From the NCBI GenBank assembly GCA_965279525.1, contig CBDIIB010000004.1, positions 1,296,736 through 1,360,735 on the forward strand: a stretch of DNA of 64,000 nucleotides. Reading direction: 5' to 3'. Positions 38,162 through 48,001 of this stretch are shown one piece after another. The notes under the pieces were generated by a model. That model saw only the letters and a list, made by a program, of their open reading frames with translations. It was not told where the DNA came from and ran no database searches. The position numbers and the translations under genes are program-made. The stretch's first letter is position 1. Each line of letters starts with the position of its first letter. The stretch is from Tagaea sp. (GTDB taxonomy: Bacteria; Pseudomonadota; Alphaproteobacteria; CACIAM-22H2).

Positions 38162-38497
38162 TCACGCCTTCAAATGGATTGTCACGAGCACTGTGGCCTC
38201 CGCCCCGGCCTTGAAGTCGGCGGCAACGCGCAGCCAGTTGCCGAAATGCGCTACGCGAAGCGCCACGACCTCGTCCTTGCCTGCCGGCATCGGCGCCGAC
38301 GTCCCTTCGGGTACCCATCGCATTCCGTCGGGAGAGATTTCAACGCGGCAGTCGGGCTGGGCGCCTTTCGGTTCCTTGAGCGCGCGGACGAAGATGACGG
38401 CCTCGCGCGCCCAGCCCGCCTCGTAAGGCTCGCTGGCGGCCTTGCCCGACCATGTTTCGTTCCGGGCCACGATCGCGGTGATGTTCTCGGGCAGCAT
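38162..38497 (-). CDS. Hypothetical protein (111 aa, beta-strand-rich)
   Basis: TGATG overlap with the upstream gene; GC3-biased codons. Confidence 0.75.
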   Translation of the reverse strand: MLPENITAIVARNETWSGKAASEPYEAGWAREAVIFVRALKEPKGAQPDCRVEISPDGMRWVPEGTSAPMPAGKDEVVALRVAHFGNWLRVAADFKAGAEATVLVTIHLKA

Positions 38498-39402
38498 CAG
38501 AAGTCTCCCGAAATACAGACGGAATCGACGTAGAGGAAAGCCCGCTTGTCGGTGTCGGTTTCCGCGAACATGCAGAAATTGAGCATGCACCAGAGGTTTT
38601 TCATCGCCGGAATCCGGATCGAGTCGAAACCTGTCATGTCGAAGACGCGGTCGTTGCACTGGAGACCCGTCGCCCGCATCGATTCGAGATCGAAGTCGAA
38701 GCGGAAATAAGTCCAGTTCACCTTCGTCGGAATCTCGTTGTAGCAGAGCCGCTGTCCACCATCCGGCAGATCTATCCAGCCGGCCGGTGCCAGATGATAG
38801 TGCGTGAAGGTCTTGTTCGTGTTGCCGAGCGACTTGAAGGGCGTCGTCTCGGTCTTGTACTGCCACTTCTGCAAATGCTTGCCATTCTCGGCATTGAGGA
38901 AGCGCAGATGCGGCATGACGCGATCGCTATCGCCATCGCGGTCGCCGCCTTGGAGATCGAAGAGGAAGCCGACCGAGCGGACATCCGTTTCGCCGAGCTT
39001 CAGCGTGTTGGCCTCCGGCTTGAACGTGAAATAGGCCTCGAAGCGGATCGGGCCGCGCTTGCGAAAGGTGTGGCGCTTGATGGCGACGTTCTGGGCTCCT
39101 GCACGGGGCCGGGTCGCGATCTTCAGCGCATATGACGAATCCATGCCGCCGTGCGAGCCGGCGTCCCAATGGCCGAGCGTCGACAGCATGGCACTGGTGT
39201 GCTGCGCGTAGCCGGGCAGCATCGCGTCGAGGTCGTCCTCGTAGTTGCCGACCAGCTGCGACCATCCGCAATGCCCGCGCGAAAAATCGTCGTGCGAGAT
39301 GATCCGGGGGAGCGGATCAAAGCGGCTCAACTCGGGATCGGACCGAAGCATTGCCAGGCGCAGTGCTTCAGCCATTTCGATTGTCGCATTCTTTACGGTC
39401 AC
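38497..39402 (-). CDS. Conserved-looking hypothetical protein (possibly DUF6772-like, from memory)
   Basis: GTG after GGAGGAG RBS; strong codon bias; aromatic, beta-rich sequence. Confidence 0.8.
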   Translation of the reverse strand: MTVKNATIEMAEALRLAMLRSDPELSRFDPLPRIISHDDFSRGHCGWSQLVGNYEDDLDAMLPGYAQHTSAMLSTLGHWDAGSHGGMDSSYALKIATRPRAGAQNVAIKRHTFRKRGPIRFEAYFTFKPEANTLKLGETDVRSVGFLFDLQGGDRDGDSDRVMPHLRFLNAENGKHLQKWQYKTETTPFKSLGNTNKTFTHYHLAPAGWIDLPDGGQRLCYNEIPTKVNWTYFRFDFDLESMRATGLQCNDRVFDMTGFDSIRIPAMKNLWCMLNFCMFAETDTDKRAFLYVDSVCISGDF

Positions 39403-39415
39403 GCTACTCCTCCCG

Positions 39416-40558
39416 TCATTGAACGCGCAGGCGCCGCACGGCATCCCAGTCGACCTCGATCCCGAGACCGGGCCCGGTCGGCACGGGAAGCATCCCGTTC
39501 TTCTGCCGCTCGATACCCGGAGCGGCCCCCGTGATCCACGTCTTGAACGGGCTGGCGTCGCTCTCGCATTCCATGGCCTTGATGTTCGGCATCGCGGCGG
39601 CGAGGTGGACGCTCGCCGTCTCGCAGATGATGCCGGACATGCCGATATGCGGCGCATATCCGACATCGTGCGCGGCGGCGAACTCCGCCATCCGCCGGGT
39701 TTCCGTGATGCCGCCCGAACGCGCCACGTCGGGCTGCAGATAGGAGATGGTGCGGCTTGCGACCAGGCGCATCGCCTGATCGAGCGTGTAGTTGCTTTCG
39801 CCCGCCGCCAGCGGCGTTTCGCATCGCCGGTGCAACTCGACGTAGCCGTCCTCGTCCTCCGGCCGGAGCGGCTCCTCGAACCAGAAATAGCGGTTCGCGG
39901 TCAGCGCGCGGCCGACTTCGACGGCGTCCTCGAGCGAGTATGCCCAGTTCGCATCGACACAGAGGTCGATACCGTCGCCGGCACGCTTGCGCAGCCGCTC
40001 GATGCGGCGGCACGCATCCCTGACCGGGCTCGCCATCTTCACCTTGATCCGGGGAAAACCGGCCGCAAGGTAGCGGTCGAGCTCGCTTTCCATCGCGGCA
40101 TCGTCGCCCCAGTTGACCGAAGCCGCGTAGACCGGCACCTCGCTGCGCCCCATTCCGCCGAGCAGGCGATGGATCGGCAGGTTCGCGACTTTCCCGAGGA
40201 TGTCCCAAAGCGCGATATCGACCCCCGATATCGCTTCGAACAGCATCCCGCCCGAACGGCCCGAAAGGGCGCGGCGCATGTCGCGCCAAAGTGCCGAAAT
40301 ATCTGTCGGGTTCCGTCCAACGAGGCGCGGCTTCAGCGCCGTTTCAATCAGTTCGGCATAGGCCTTCGGGGCGAATCGCGCGAGTGCCTCGCCGACGCCC
40401 GTGATCCCGGCATTCGTGCGCACCTCGACGAGGCAGATCGAGACGTCCGTGTACTTTCCCCAAGACGTGACGGTCGGTCGCGGCAATGTCTGCGACAATG
40501 GGTGCGCGATGACGTCCGTGATGCGGATGCCGGCACCGCTAGCTGCATTCTCGTCCAC
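39416..40558 (-). CDS. Mandelate racemase/muconate lactonizing enzyme family (probable acid-sugar dehydratase)
   Basis: DIALWD, KVK, VDAN, FEEP, GES, QPD, PH metal/catalytic motifs. Confidence 0.92.
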   Translation of the reverse strand: MDENAASGAGIRITDVIAHPLSQTLPRPTVTSWGKYTDVSICLVEVRTNAGITGVGEALARFAPKAYAELIETALKPRLVGRNPTDISALWRDMRRALSGRSGGMLFEAISGVDIALWDILGKVANLPIHRLLGGMGRSEVPVYAASVNWGDDAAMESELDRYLAAGFPRIKVKMASPVRDACRRIERLRKRAGDGIDLCVDANWAYSLEDAVEVGRALTANRYFWFEEPLRPEDEDGYVELHRRCETPLAAGESNYTLDQAMRLVASRTISYLQPDVARSGGITETRRMAEFAAAHDVGYAPHIGMSGIICETASVHLAAAMPNIKAMECESDASPFKTWITGAAPGIERQKNGMLPVPTGPGLGIEVDWDAVRRLRVQ

Positions 40559-40621
40559 GTCCCGCCTCCCAATCTCTCCGCATGGCAGGGTGCAGGATTA
40601 GCCGGAGATGCGGCATCCTGA

Positions 40622-40640
40622 CAACTACTAAACTTAGTTG
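40622..40640. promoter_or_regulatory. Inverted repeat CAACTA-N7-TAGTTG, candidate FadR-type operator
   Basis: AT-rich palindrome between the divergent enolase-family and regulator genes. Confidence 0.5.
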
Positions 40641-40698
40641 CTATGTTTCCGGATGTCGTGATAGGGAGTCATTCGCTCGACAAACGCCGGGAGAATCG

Positions 40699-41466
40699 AT
40701 GTCCGCGCAGCTCAGCCGGAAGCCCGTCTTCGGAACACAGCGGGTCGCAAGCCCAACCCGGCTCGCCGACACCGTTTCCGACGCGATCGCGGCGGCACTT
40801 CTTGACGGCCGCATCTCACCCGGCGAACCGCTGCCGTCGGAAGGCGAGATCGCGAAGGAATTCGGCGTTTCCAAGCCCATCGCGCGCGAAGCGCTCCGGA
40901 ATCTGACATCCGCCGGGCTCATCTTCACGCAGCAGGGCAAGGTTGCCCGTGCGAAGGGCCTGAACGGCGAGCAGCTCGAGCGGATCTACGGATACGCCGT
41001 GCGCTCGAGCCTGACGCGCCTGCGCGAAGCCAACGAGATGCGCCGGGCGATCGAATCCGGCATCGCGCGCCTTGCGGCACAGCGACGCGAGAAGGCGGGG
41101 CTCGCAGCCATGAAACTGGCGCTCGACGAGATGTACGCGGCACTCGGTGATCCGAACGCGTTTACCGAAGCCGACATCCTGTTCCATCTGGGTCTTGCCA
41201 TGACCACCGGCAATTCGATGATCCGCGTGCAGATGGAGGGCATGCGCTCCGTCCAGCGCGAGGTATCTGATCTGTTCGCCCGCCGGGCGAACAGGTCTGT
41301 TGCCGACTGGCGAGCGACGATCGACCGCCACAAGGTGCTCTACGAAGCGATCTTTGCCGGCGATGCGCCGCTCGCTGAGAAATGCATCGCCCGGCACTAT
41401 GCAGCTGCAGACATCGCATCGCTCGAAGTGGCGGGAAAGCCCAAGCGGGAGGCGGTAGGAAAGTGA
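40699..41466 (+). CDS. GntR/FadR-family regulator
   Basis: PGEPLPSE..FGVS..REAL, D..FH, RH. Confidence 0.9.
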   Translation: MSAQLSRKPVFGTQRVASPTRLADTVSDAIAAALLDGRISPGEPLPSEGEIAKEFGVSKPIAREALRNLTSAGLIFTQQGKVARAKGLNGEQLERIYGYAVRSSLTRLREANEMRRAIESGIARLAAQRREKAGLAAMKLALDEMYAALGDPNAFTEADILFHLGLAMTTGNSMIRVQMEGMRSVQREVSDLFARRANRSVADWRATIDRHKVLYEAIFAGDAPLAEKCIARHYAAADIASLEVAGKPKREAVGK

Positions 41467-42251
41467 CCTACGATCGCTTCACCCTCGCGGGCAAGCGCGC
41501 GCTCGTCACGGGCGCCAGTTCCGGCATCGGCCGCGCGATCGCCATCGGGCTTGCCGAAGCAGGCGCGAAGCTTGTGCTGCACCATTTCGCGGATGCCGAC
41601 GGCGCGTCGCAGACAGCGCGATCGGCTGGCGGCGCGCCCGTGTTCGAGGCGGATTTCAGGCACGCCGGTGCCGCCGGAGCACTTGCGGACGATGTCCTTG
41701 CCCACGGCGGTCCGATCGACATCCTCGTCGCCAACGCGGCCATTGAGCGGCGAATCCCATGGATCGGCATTTCCGAGGCGCATCTCGCCGACCATGTCGC
41801 CGCAAACTTGATGTCGCTTCTGGCGCTGTCGCAGCGACTTGTACCGCTCATGGCGGACCGGGGATGGGGACGAGTCGTCGCGATCGGAAGCGTCATGGCG
41901 GGGCGACCACGCGCCGAGACCCTCGCCTATGCCGCAATGAAGGCGGCACAGCTTGCCGCAGTCCGCTCGATTGCCCGCGACGTCGCGGCGAAGGGCGTCA
42001 CGATGAACGTCGTGTCGCCTGGCGCCGTCGAAATCGACAAGAACACAGCTAGATACGCCGATCCCGACTTCCGGAAGGCGGTCGTGGCCAAGATTCCGGC
42101 CGGGCGGCAGGGACGACCGGAGGACATCGCGGGCGCTGTCGTATTCCTGTGCTCGGGCGCGGCGGCCTATATCACCGGCGTCGACATTCCGGTCGACGGT
42201 GGCTGGACGATCGGCGATGCGCCGGGAGCGCTTCCGGGAGAAGTGGCGTGA
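41463..42251 (+). CDS. SDR-family oxidoreductase
   Basis: TGASSGIG, YAAMK, VDGG; GTGA overlap. Confidence 0.9.
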   Translation: MTYDRFTLAGKRALVTGASSGIGRAIAIGLAEAGAKLVLHHFADADGASQTARSAGGAPVFEADFRHAGAAGALADDVLAHGGPIDILVANAAIERRIPWIGISEAHLADHVAANLMSLLALSQRLVPLMADRGWGRVVAIGSVMAGRPRAETLAYAAMKAAQLAAVRSIARDVAAKGVTMNVVSPGAVEIDKNTARYADPDFRKAVVAKIPAGRQGRPEDIAGAVVFLCSGAAAYITGVDIPVDGGWTIGDAPGALPGEVA

Positions 42252-42304
42252 TGCGCGAACCCGCACGAGACGGACTTCAACGACAAAAGAATGGGAGGCA
42301 ACCG

Positions 42305-43546
42305 ATGAAAGCCCTGAAACAGTTCCTGATCGCGACATCCGTCGCGGCCATGCTCGCGTCGCCCGCAACAGCCGCTGAGCTCCGTTTCACGATATGGACC
42401 GGAAACGAGGCCCACCTGCGGATGCTCAACGGCTTCGCAAACAGCTTCAAGGCCGCACGCCCCGACGTGACGGTGAAATTCGAAACGATCCCGCCGGACA
42501 GCTATACCCAGAAACTGACGATCCAGATCGCGGGCGGCAATCCGCCCGACGCCGGGTGGCTGATGGAAGATGCCGCGCCGACTTTCGCGAGTGCGGGCGT
42601 TCTGGAAGATCTCGCGCCGACGCTGAACTCGGCGAAGGATTACGATTTCGCCGACTTCTCGAAGCCAGCCCTCGGGCTCTGGACCGCGGGCGCCAAGGTC
42701 TTCGGCGTGCCGTTCTCGACATCGCCGTTCGTGATCTTCTTCAACAAGGACATGTTCGACAAGGCCGGCCTCGAAGACCCGATCGCCCTCGTGGCGAAGG
42801 GCCAGTGGGACATGGCCAGATTCCAGGACACGGCGAAGAAGCTCGCCGCCGCGAACGGCAAGTTCGGGTTCGAGTTCAAGGACGGGCAGGGCTACGATTC
42901 ACGCATCATGCACGCGCTGATGCCGCCGATCCGCGCCTATGGCGGCGACGTTTGGGCAGGCAGGCAGTGCGGACTCGACACGCCGCAGGCCGTCGCCGCG
43001 GTCCGGCAGCTCCACGACATGGTCTTCAAGGACAAGTCGATCGTGCCGCCCGGCGAGTCCGGCGACTACTTTTCGGGTAACGCGGCAATGACGATCAACC
43101 AGATCTCGCGTGCCTCGCTCATGCCGAAAGCCGGCTTCAAATGGGGCATTGCACCGCTTCCGGCCGGCCCCTCTGGCGAATCGCCGGTGATCGGCCAAGC
43201 CGGCATCGTCGTCTTCGCCGCAGGCAAGCAGAAGAAGCTGGCGGCGGAGTTCGTCGCCCACATGACGGACAAGGCGAACGTCGCGACCGCCGCCCAGTTC
43301 TTCCCGCCGGCGCGAAACAGCGTGCTGGCCAGCGCCGGTTTCCTCGACTCCAACAACCTTATCCCGCCGGCCCAGATGAAGTTCGTCGCGGAAGCGATCG
43401 CCAAGGGCAAGGTGCTGCCCAGCCACGAGAAGAGCCCGCAGATCGTCGCGGCGATGAAACCGCGCGTCGACGCGCTCTGGCGCGCCGACGCGAATGTGGA
43501 GAACTCCCTGAAGGCCGTCTGCACGGCGATCCGGTCGCTACTCTGA
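42305..43546 (+). CDS. Carbohydrate ABC substrate-binding protein
   Basis: Sec leader ending ATA; FNKDMFDKAG; RBS GGGAGG. Confidence 0.92.
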   Translation: MKALKQFLIATSVAAMLASPATAAELRFTIWTGNEAHLRMLNGFANSFKAARPDVTVKFETIPPDSYTQKLTIQIAGGNPPDAGWLMEDAAPTFASAGVLEDLAPTLNSAKDYDFADFSKPALGLWTAGAKVFGVPFSTSPFVIFFNKDMFDKAGLEDPIALVAKGQWDMARFQDTAKKLAAANGKFGFEFKDGQGYDSRIMHALMPPIRAYGGDVWAGRQCGLDTPQAVAAVRQLHDMVFKDKSIVPPGESGDYFSGNAAMTINQISRASLMPKAGFKWGIAPLPAGPSGESPVIGQAGIVVFAAGKQKKLAAEFVAHMTDKANVATAAQFFPPARNSVLASAGFLDSNNLIPPAQMKFVAEAIAKGKVLPSHEKSPQIVAAMKPRVDALWRADANVENSLKAVCTAIRSLL

Positions 43547-43557
43547 AACCGACGTCC

Positions 43558-44484
43558 GTGACAAGGGAACCTGCACACGCAGCCATGGCGCGCGCCCGAC
43601 GTGCGCCATGGCTGACGCTCAAGACACGCGAAGCCATGGAGGCATGGCTTTTCGTCAGCCCGACTGTCGCCGGTTTTCTCATCTTTTTCGCAGGCCCGCT
43701 CATCGCGGTCGTCTGGTACTCGCTGACCGAGTGGAATCTGCTGACGCAGCAGATGAAATTTGTCGGACTCGCGAACTACCGCGACGCGCTATTCGACAAC
43801 CCTGACTTCTGGCACGTCGTCGGAAATTCCACGATCTTCGCGATCGGGCTCGTGCCGTTCAACATGATGCTCGCACTCACGCTGGCACTTGCGCTTTGCC
43901 GGCGCTTTCCGGGCGTGATCTTCTTCCGTGCCGTCTTCTTCGCGCCTGTCGTGACTTCGGCGGCGGCGTGGGCGATCGTATGGAAGTTCCTGCTCCAGGG
44001 CGAAAGCGGATTCGTCAACCAGATCCTAGCCACGGCCGGAATCGTGGGGCCGAACTGGCTGCGCGATCCGAACTGGGCGATGGTCGCGGTGATCTTCACG
44101 CGCGTCATCAAGATGGTCGGTCTCAACATGATCCTCTATATCGCCGCATTGCAGGCGATCCCGCGCGACTACGAAGAGGCGGCGCGGCTGGAAGGCGCCA
44201 CGAACTGGCAGGTCTTCCGCTGGATCACCTGGCCGCTGCTGGGCCCGGCGACGCTGGTGATCATGGTCATCACCACCATCGGATCGTTCAAGGTATTCGA
44301 CCATATCTACCTGATGACCGGCGGCGGCCCGGAGAACGGCACCCTCGTCCTCGCCTTCTACATCTACGAGCAGGGATTCAAGTTCTTCAATGTCGGCTAC
44401 GCCTCGGCGCTCGCGATGATCATGTTCGTGATCGTCATGGCGCTCACGGTCGTCCAGCTGACGATCCGCCGGAGAGACACGTGA
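43558..44484 (+). CDS. Carbohydrate ABC permease (MalF-like)
   Basis: EAARLEGA, MTGGGP, GYASA; start 43558 or 43585. Confidence 0.92.
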   Translation: MTREPAHAAMARARRAPWLTLKTREAMEAWLFVSPTVAGFLIFFAGPLIAVVWYSLTEWNLLTQQMKFVGLANYRDALFDNPDFWHVVGNSTIFAIGLVPFNMMLALTLALALCRRFPGVIFFRAVFFAPVVTSAAAWAIVWKFLLQGESGFVNQILATAGIVGPNWLRDPNWAMVAVIFTRVIKMVGLNMILYIAALQAIPRDYEEAARLEGATNWQVFRWITWPLLGPATLVIMVITTIGSFKVFDHIYLMTGGGPENGTLVLAFYIYEQGFKFFNVGYASALAMIMFVIVMALTVVQLTIRRRDT

Positions 44485-45335
44485 TCGACCGGCTCGGACC
44501 CAGACAGTTGCGGATCGTCAGTCGTACCTGCTGGACGCTGGGGCTGTCCGTTGCGGCCATTCCGTTCGTCTTTCCGCTTCTGTGGATGGTCTCTTCCGGC
44601 TTCAAGAGCTCGGCCGAGATATTCGGCTCGCCGAGCATCGTGCCGCGCGAATGGCGATGGCTCAACTTCGTCGAGGTCTTCACGTACCAGCCGTTCGCAC
44701 AGCAGTATTTCAATTCGCTCTACATCTCCGTCTCGGTGACGGCGATCACCCTTGTCGTCGCGTCGCTGGCCGGCTACGCACTTGCGCGCCTTCGCTTCGC
44801 CGGCTCTTCGCTGGTCGGCCTGTTCCTCGTCTCCGCCCTCATGGTGCCCGAAGAGGTGACGATCATCCCCAACTTCTTCCTCATGAAGAACTTCGGCCTT
44901 GTCGACTCCCATCTGCCGCTGATCCTCCTGCCCGTTTTCGGGCCGCACGGCATTGTCGCGACGTTCCTGATGCGGCAGTACTTCCTTGCCCTTCCCAAGG
45001 AGGTCGAGGAGGCCGGCCGGATGGACGGGCTGTCGACCTTCGGTATCTGGTGGCGCATCGCGGTGCCGATGTCGCGTCCGGCGCTCGCGGCCGTCGCGAT
45101 CATCACGTTCCTTCACTCGTGGAACCAGTTTCTCGAACCGCTGATCTTCGTGTCGTCGCTCGACAAGTTCACGCTGCCGCTGGCACTGTCGAATTTCACC
45201 GATCCTTACGGCGCACCGCTGTGGCACCTGCAGCTCGCGGCGACCAGCCTTTCGGTCGTGCCGATCCTGATCGTCTACCTGATCGCACAGCGCCAGATCA
45301 TCGAGAGCTTCGCGCTCTCGGGCGTCAAAGGCTGA
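44481..45335 (+). CDS. Carbohydrate ABC permease (MalG-like)
   Basis: EAGRMDG, WNQF, SGVKG. Confidence 0.92.
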   Translation: MIDRLGPRQLRIVSRTCWTLGLSVAAIPFVFPLLWMVSSGFKSSAEIFGSPSIVPREWRWLNFVEVFTYQPFAQQYFNSLYISVSVTAITLVVASLAGYALARLRFAGSSLVGLFLVSALMVPEEVTIIPNFFLMKNFGLVDSHLPLILLPVFGPHGIVATFLMRQYFLALPKEVEEAGRMDGLSTFGIWWRIAVPMSRPALAAVAIITFLHSWNQFLEPLIFVSSLDKFTLPLALSNFTDPYGAPLWHLQLAATSLSVVPILIVYLIAQRQIIESFALSGVKG

Positions 45336-45379
45336 TGTGTAATTCGGCGTTCCCGAAGCTCCCACGGCAAGCTGGGATC

Positions 45380-45433
45380 GGGGACGAACCGGAGCGCCGA
45401 TACGACCTTGGCCTGTATCGGGATCGCGTCCCC
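45380..45433. terminator. Nested hairpin between the convergent permease and tRNA
   Basis: GGGGACG/CGTCCCC outer and CCGATAC/GTATCGG inner stems; no clear U-tract. Confidence 0.35.
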
Positions 45434-45440
45434 GGGGAAG

Positions 45441-45516
<76 letters not shown>

Positions 45517-45538
45517 GCCGTTTTCGCGACGGACGCGC

Positions 45539-45567
45539 CATATAGCAAAGCGGTCGGGGCTTGTCGA
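45539..45567 (-). promoter_or_regulatory. Sigma70-like promoter for tRNA-Lys
   Basis: TCGACA-N17-TATATG about 20 nt upstream of the tRNA. Confidence 0.55.
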
Positions 45568-45594
45568 TAGCGATTCGATCCACAGGCCGGCGGC

Positions 45595-47475
45595 CTATCC
45601 GGGCGGCCCCTGGGCCACGCGGGCGGGGCCGCCGGGGGCCTTGGGCGGCTCGCGTTTCATGGCGCCGAGCAGCAGGTCGCGCACGATCGGGGCGGCCACG
45701 CTCGACCCGCCGCCGCCATGCTCGACGATGACGGCGCACGCGTAGCGGGGCGAATCGACCGGCCCGTAACCGACGAACAGCGCATGGTCACGCTCGCGCC
45801 ACGGCACCTGCTCGATCTTGCGCAGGCCCACGCGGCGCTCTTCCTCGGTGATGCGGCGGACCTGCGAGGTGCCGCTCTTGCCGCCATAGCCCAGGCCCGC
45901 CTCCATGACGCGCGCGCGGAACGCGGTGCCGCGCGGGTCGTTGACCACGCCGCGCATGCCGCGCAGCATCAGCGCCAGATGCGCCTGCGGGATGCCGGTC
46001 GAGGCGAACATGGCGGCCGACCGCTCGCCGATCCGCCGTCCCTGGACGAAATCGCGCGTGAGGTGCGGCACGACGGCATAGCCGCCATTGACGATGCGTG
46101 CGGTCATCGTGGCGAGCTGCAGCGGGGTGGCCAGCACATAGCCCTGCCCGATCGCCGCGACCAGCGAATCGCCCTGCGCCCAGCCCTTGCCGGTGCGCGC
46201 CATCTTCCACGCGCGCGTGGGGATGAGCCCGCCGCGCTCGCCCGGCAGGTCGAGCGACAGCGTCTGGCCGAGGCCAAGCTTGCGCGCCATGTCGGCGACG
46301 CGGTCGGGGCCAAGACGCTTGCTCAGCTCGTAGAAATAGACGTCGCAGGACTGCACGAGCGCGTCGACCATGTCGATGCCGCCATGCCCGCCCTTCTTCC
46401 AGCAATGGAAGCGGTTGTCGCCCAGATCCATGTGCCCGGGGCAAAAGACGCGCATTTCCGGCTGCACGCCAAGCTCGAGTGCCGCCAGCGCCACGACCAT
46501 CTTGTAGGTCGAACCCGGCGCGTACTGGCCGGAGACCGCCTTGTTGGTGAGCGGGGCACGATGGTTGTTGAGCAACGCGCGCCACGAAGCACCCGAGATG
46601 CCACGCGCGAACTCGTGCGGGTCGTAGCTGGGATGGGAGGCGAGCACGAGCACGCCGCCGTCGTTGACGTCCATCAGGACCGCGGCCGCACTCTCCTCCT
46701 TCGCCAGCCGCTCGGCGGCGAAGTTCTGGAGGTCGGCGTCGATGGTCAGCGCCAGGTCCTGGCCCGCCTCGCCCTCGTTGCGCGACAGCTCGCGGATCGG
46801 CCGGCCCAGCGCGTTGACCTCGATCTGGGTATTGCCCGCCCGCCCGCGCATGGCGAGGTCGTAGACGCGCTCCACGCCGTTGCGGCCCACGCGGAAATCG
46901 GGGAGTTCGAGCAGCGGATCGCCGGTGAGGTCCGACTCGGCCGGCGGTGCGACGTAGCCGATCGTGTGCGCCATCTTCTCGCCGTGCGGATAGAGCCGCG
47001 TCGAGCCGACGTCGATCGTGATGCCCGGCAGGTCCGGCGCGTTGACGGCGATGCGGCTCACGTCCTCCCAGGAGAGGTTCTCCTTGACGGTCGTGGGCAG
47101 GAACTTGCGCTTGCGCGCCACCTCGCGCAGCACGCGCCGGCGCTCCACGTCGGTGATCGGCACGATCTCGGAAAGCGTGTCGAGCGTGGCGGGGATCGAC
47201 CCGGTCTGCTCGGCCACCAGCACGACGCGGTAGTTGAGCTGGTTGTCGGCAAGCACCGCGCCGTAGCGGTCGATGATGCGGCCGCGCGGGGGTGCGAGCA
47301 GGCGAAGGTTGATGCGGTTGTCGTCGGCCATCGTGCGGTACTTGTCCGCCTCGACGACCTGCAGATAGTACATGCGCCCGCCCAGCACGCCGAACAGCGC
47401 CAGCTTGCCCGCCGCGAGCAGGACGAGGCGGCGGCTGAAGCTGCGCTGGCGGCCGGTGTCGCGGATCATCTGCAT
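45595..47475 (-). CDS. mrdA: Penicillin-binding protein 2
   Basis: STYK (SxxK), SCD, KSG motifs; follows mreD. Confidence 0.95.
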   Translation of the reverse strand: MQMIRDTGRQRSFSRRLVLLAAGKLALFGVLGGRMYYLQVVEADKYRTMADDNRINLRLLAPPRGRIIDRYGAVLADNQLNYRVVLVAEQTGSIPATLDTLSEIVPITDVERRRVLREVARKRKFLPTTVKENLSWEDVSRIAVNAPDLPGITIDVGSTRLYPHGEKMAHTIGYVAPPAESDLTGDPLLELPDFRVGRNGVERVYDLAMRGRAGNTQIEVNALGRPIRELSRNEGEAGQDLALTIDADLQNFAAERLAKEESAAAVLMDVNDGGVLVLASHPSYDPHEFARGISGASWRALLNNHRAPLTNKAVSGQYAPGSTYKMVVALAALELGVQPEMRVFCPGHMDLGDNRFHCWKKGGHGGIDMVDALVQSCDVYFYELSKRLGPDRVADMARKLGLGQTLSLDLPGERGGLIPTRAWKMARTGKGWAQGDSLVAAIGQGYVLATPLQLATMTARIVNGGYAVVPHLTRDFVQGRRIGERSAAMFASTGIPQAHLALMLRGMRGVVNDPRGTAFRARVMEAGLGYGGKSGTSQVRRITEEERRVGLRKIEQVPWRERDHALFVGYGPVDSPRYACAVIVEHGGGGSSVAAPIVRDLLLGAMKREPPKAPGGPARVAQGPPG

Positions 47476-47476
47476 G

Positions 47477-47992
47477 TCAGCCGCCCGCCAGGAAGATGCG
47501 CTGCACGCGCCCGAGCACGGCCGTGGCGACGGGATAGAGCGACACGGTAAGTGCCAGCTGCGCGAGTGTGACGAGCGGATCGGGGGACGCGCCCTTGAGC
47601 AGCAGCCCGATGAGCAGGGTGAGGAGCTGGGCGCCCAGCGCCACGAACCCGAAGGCGGCCCACACGAGCCAGAACGCCTTGCCGCGGAAGACCTTGTGCT
47701 GCGCCACGATGCTGAAATGCGCCAGCAGCAGCACGAACGCGTTGACGCCCAGCGGCGAGCCCGAGAGCACGTCGTCGAACAGGCCGACCGCGAAAGCACC
47801 CCATGCCGGGAACAGGTCGGGACGGTGGACGGTCCAGTAATAGACCGACATCAGCGCCACCGACGGCGCCAGCACCGAATACTCGGGCACCGGCATCGGC
47901 ACGACCGACAGCACGACGAAGATGAAGGTGAGGCCCAGCGGCAGACCGCGTTTGAGGGCACGGTCGAGCTGGGCGAGCGCTGCGACCACCAT
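47477..47992 (-). CDS. mreD: Rod shape-determining protein MreD
   Basis: Hydrophobic, YYW..RP, GLFDD.LSG.PLG; operon position. Confidence 0.92.
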   Translation of the reverse strand: MVVAALAQLDRALKRGLPLGLTFIFVVLSVVPMPVPEYSVLAPSVALMSVYYWTVHRPDLFPAWGAFAVGLFDDVLSGSPLGVNAFVLLLAHFSIVAQHKVFRGKAFWLVWAAFGFVALGAQLLTLLIGLLLKGASPDPLVTLAQLALTVSLYPVATAVLGRVQRIFLAGG

Positions 47993-48001
47993 GGCGCCCA
48001 C

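Larger units (their letters stand above)
38142..45440. mobile_element. 7.3-kb integrase-less genomic islet inserted at tRNA-Lys
   Basis: Bounded by the intact tRNA and a degenerate copy of its 3' half; holds a self-contained regulator/transport/catabolism module. Confidence 0.65.

Noticed and set aside
1-45440. Canonical sulfoglycolysis (sulfoquinovose) cluster
   Set aside because: No sulfoquinovosidase, isomerase, kinase, aldolase or monooxygenase recognisable; sulfatases point to sulfate esters.
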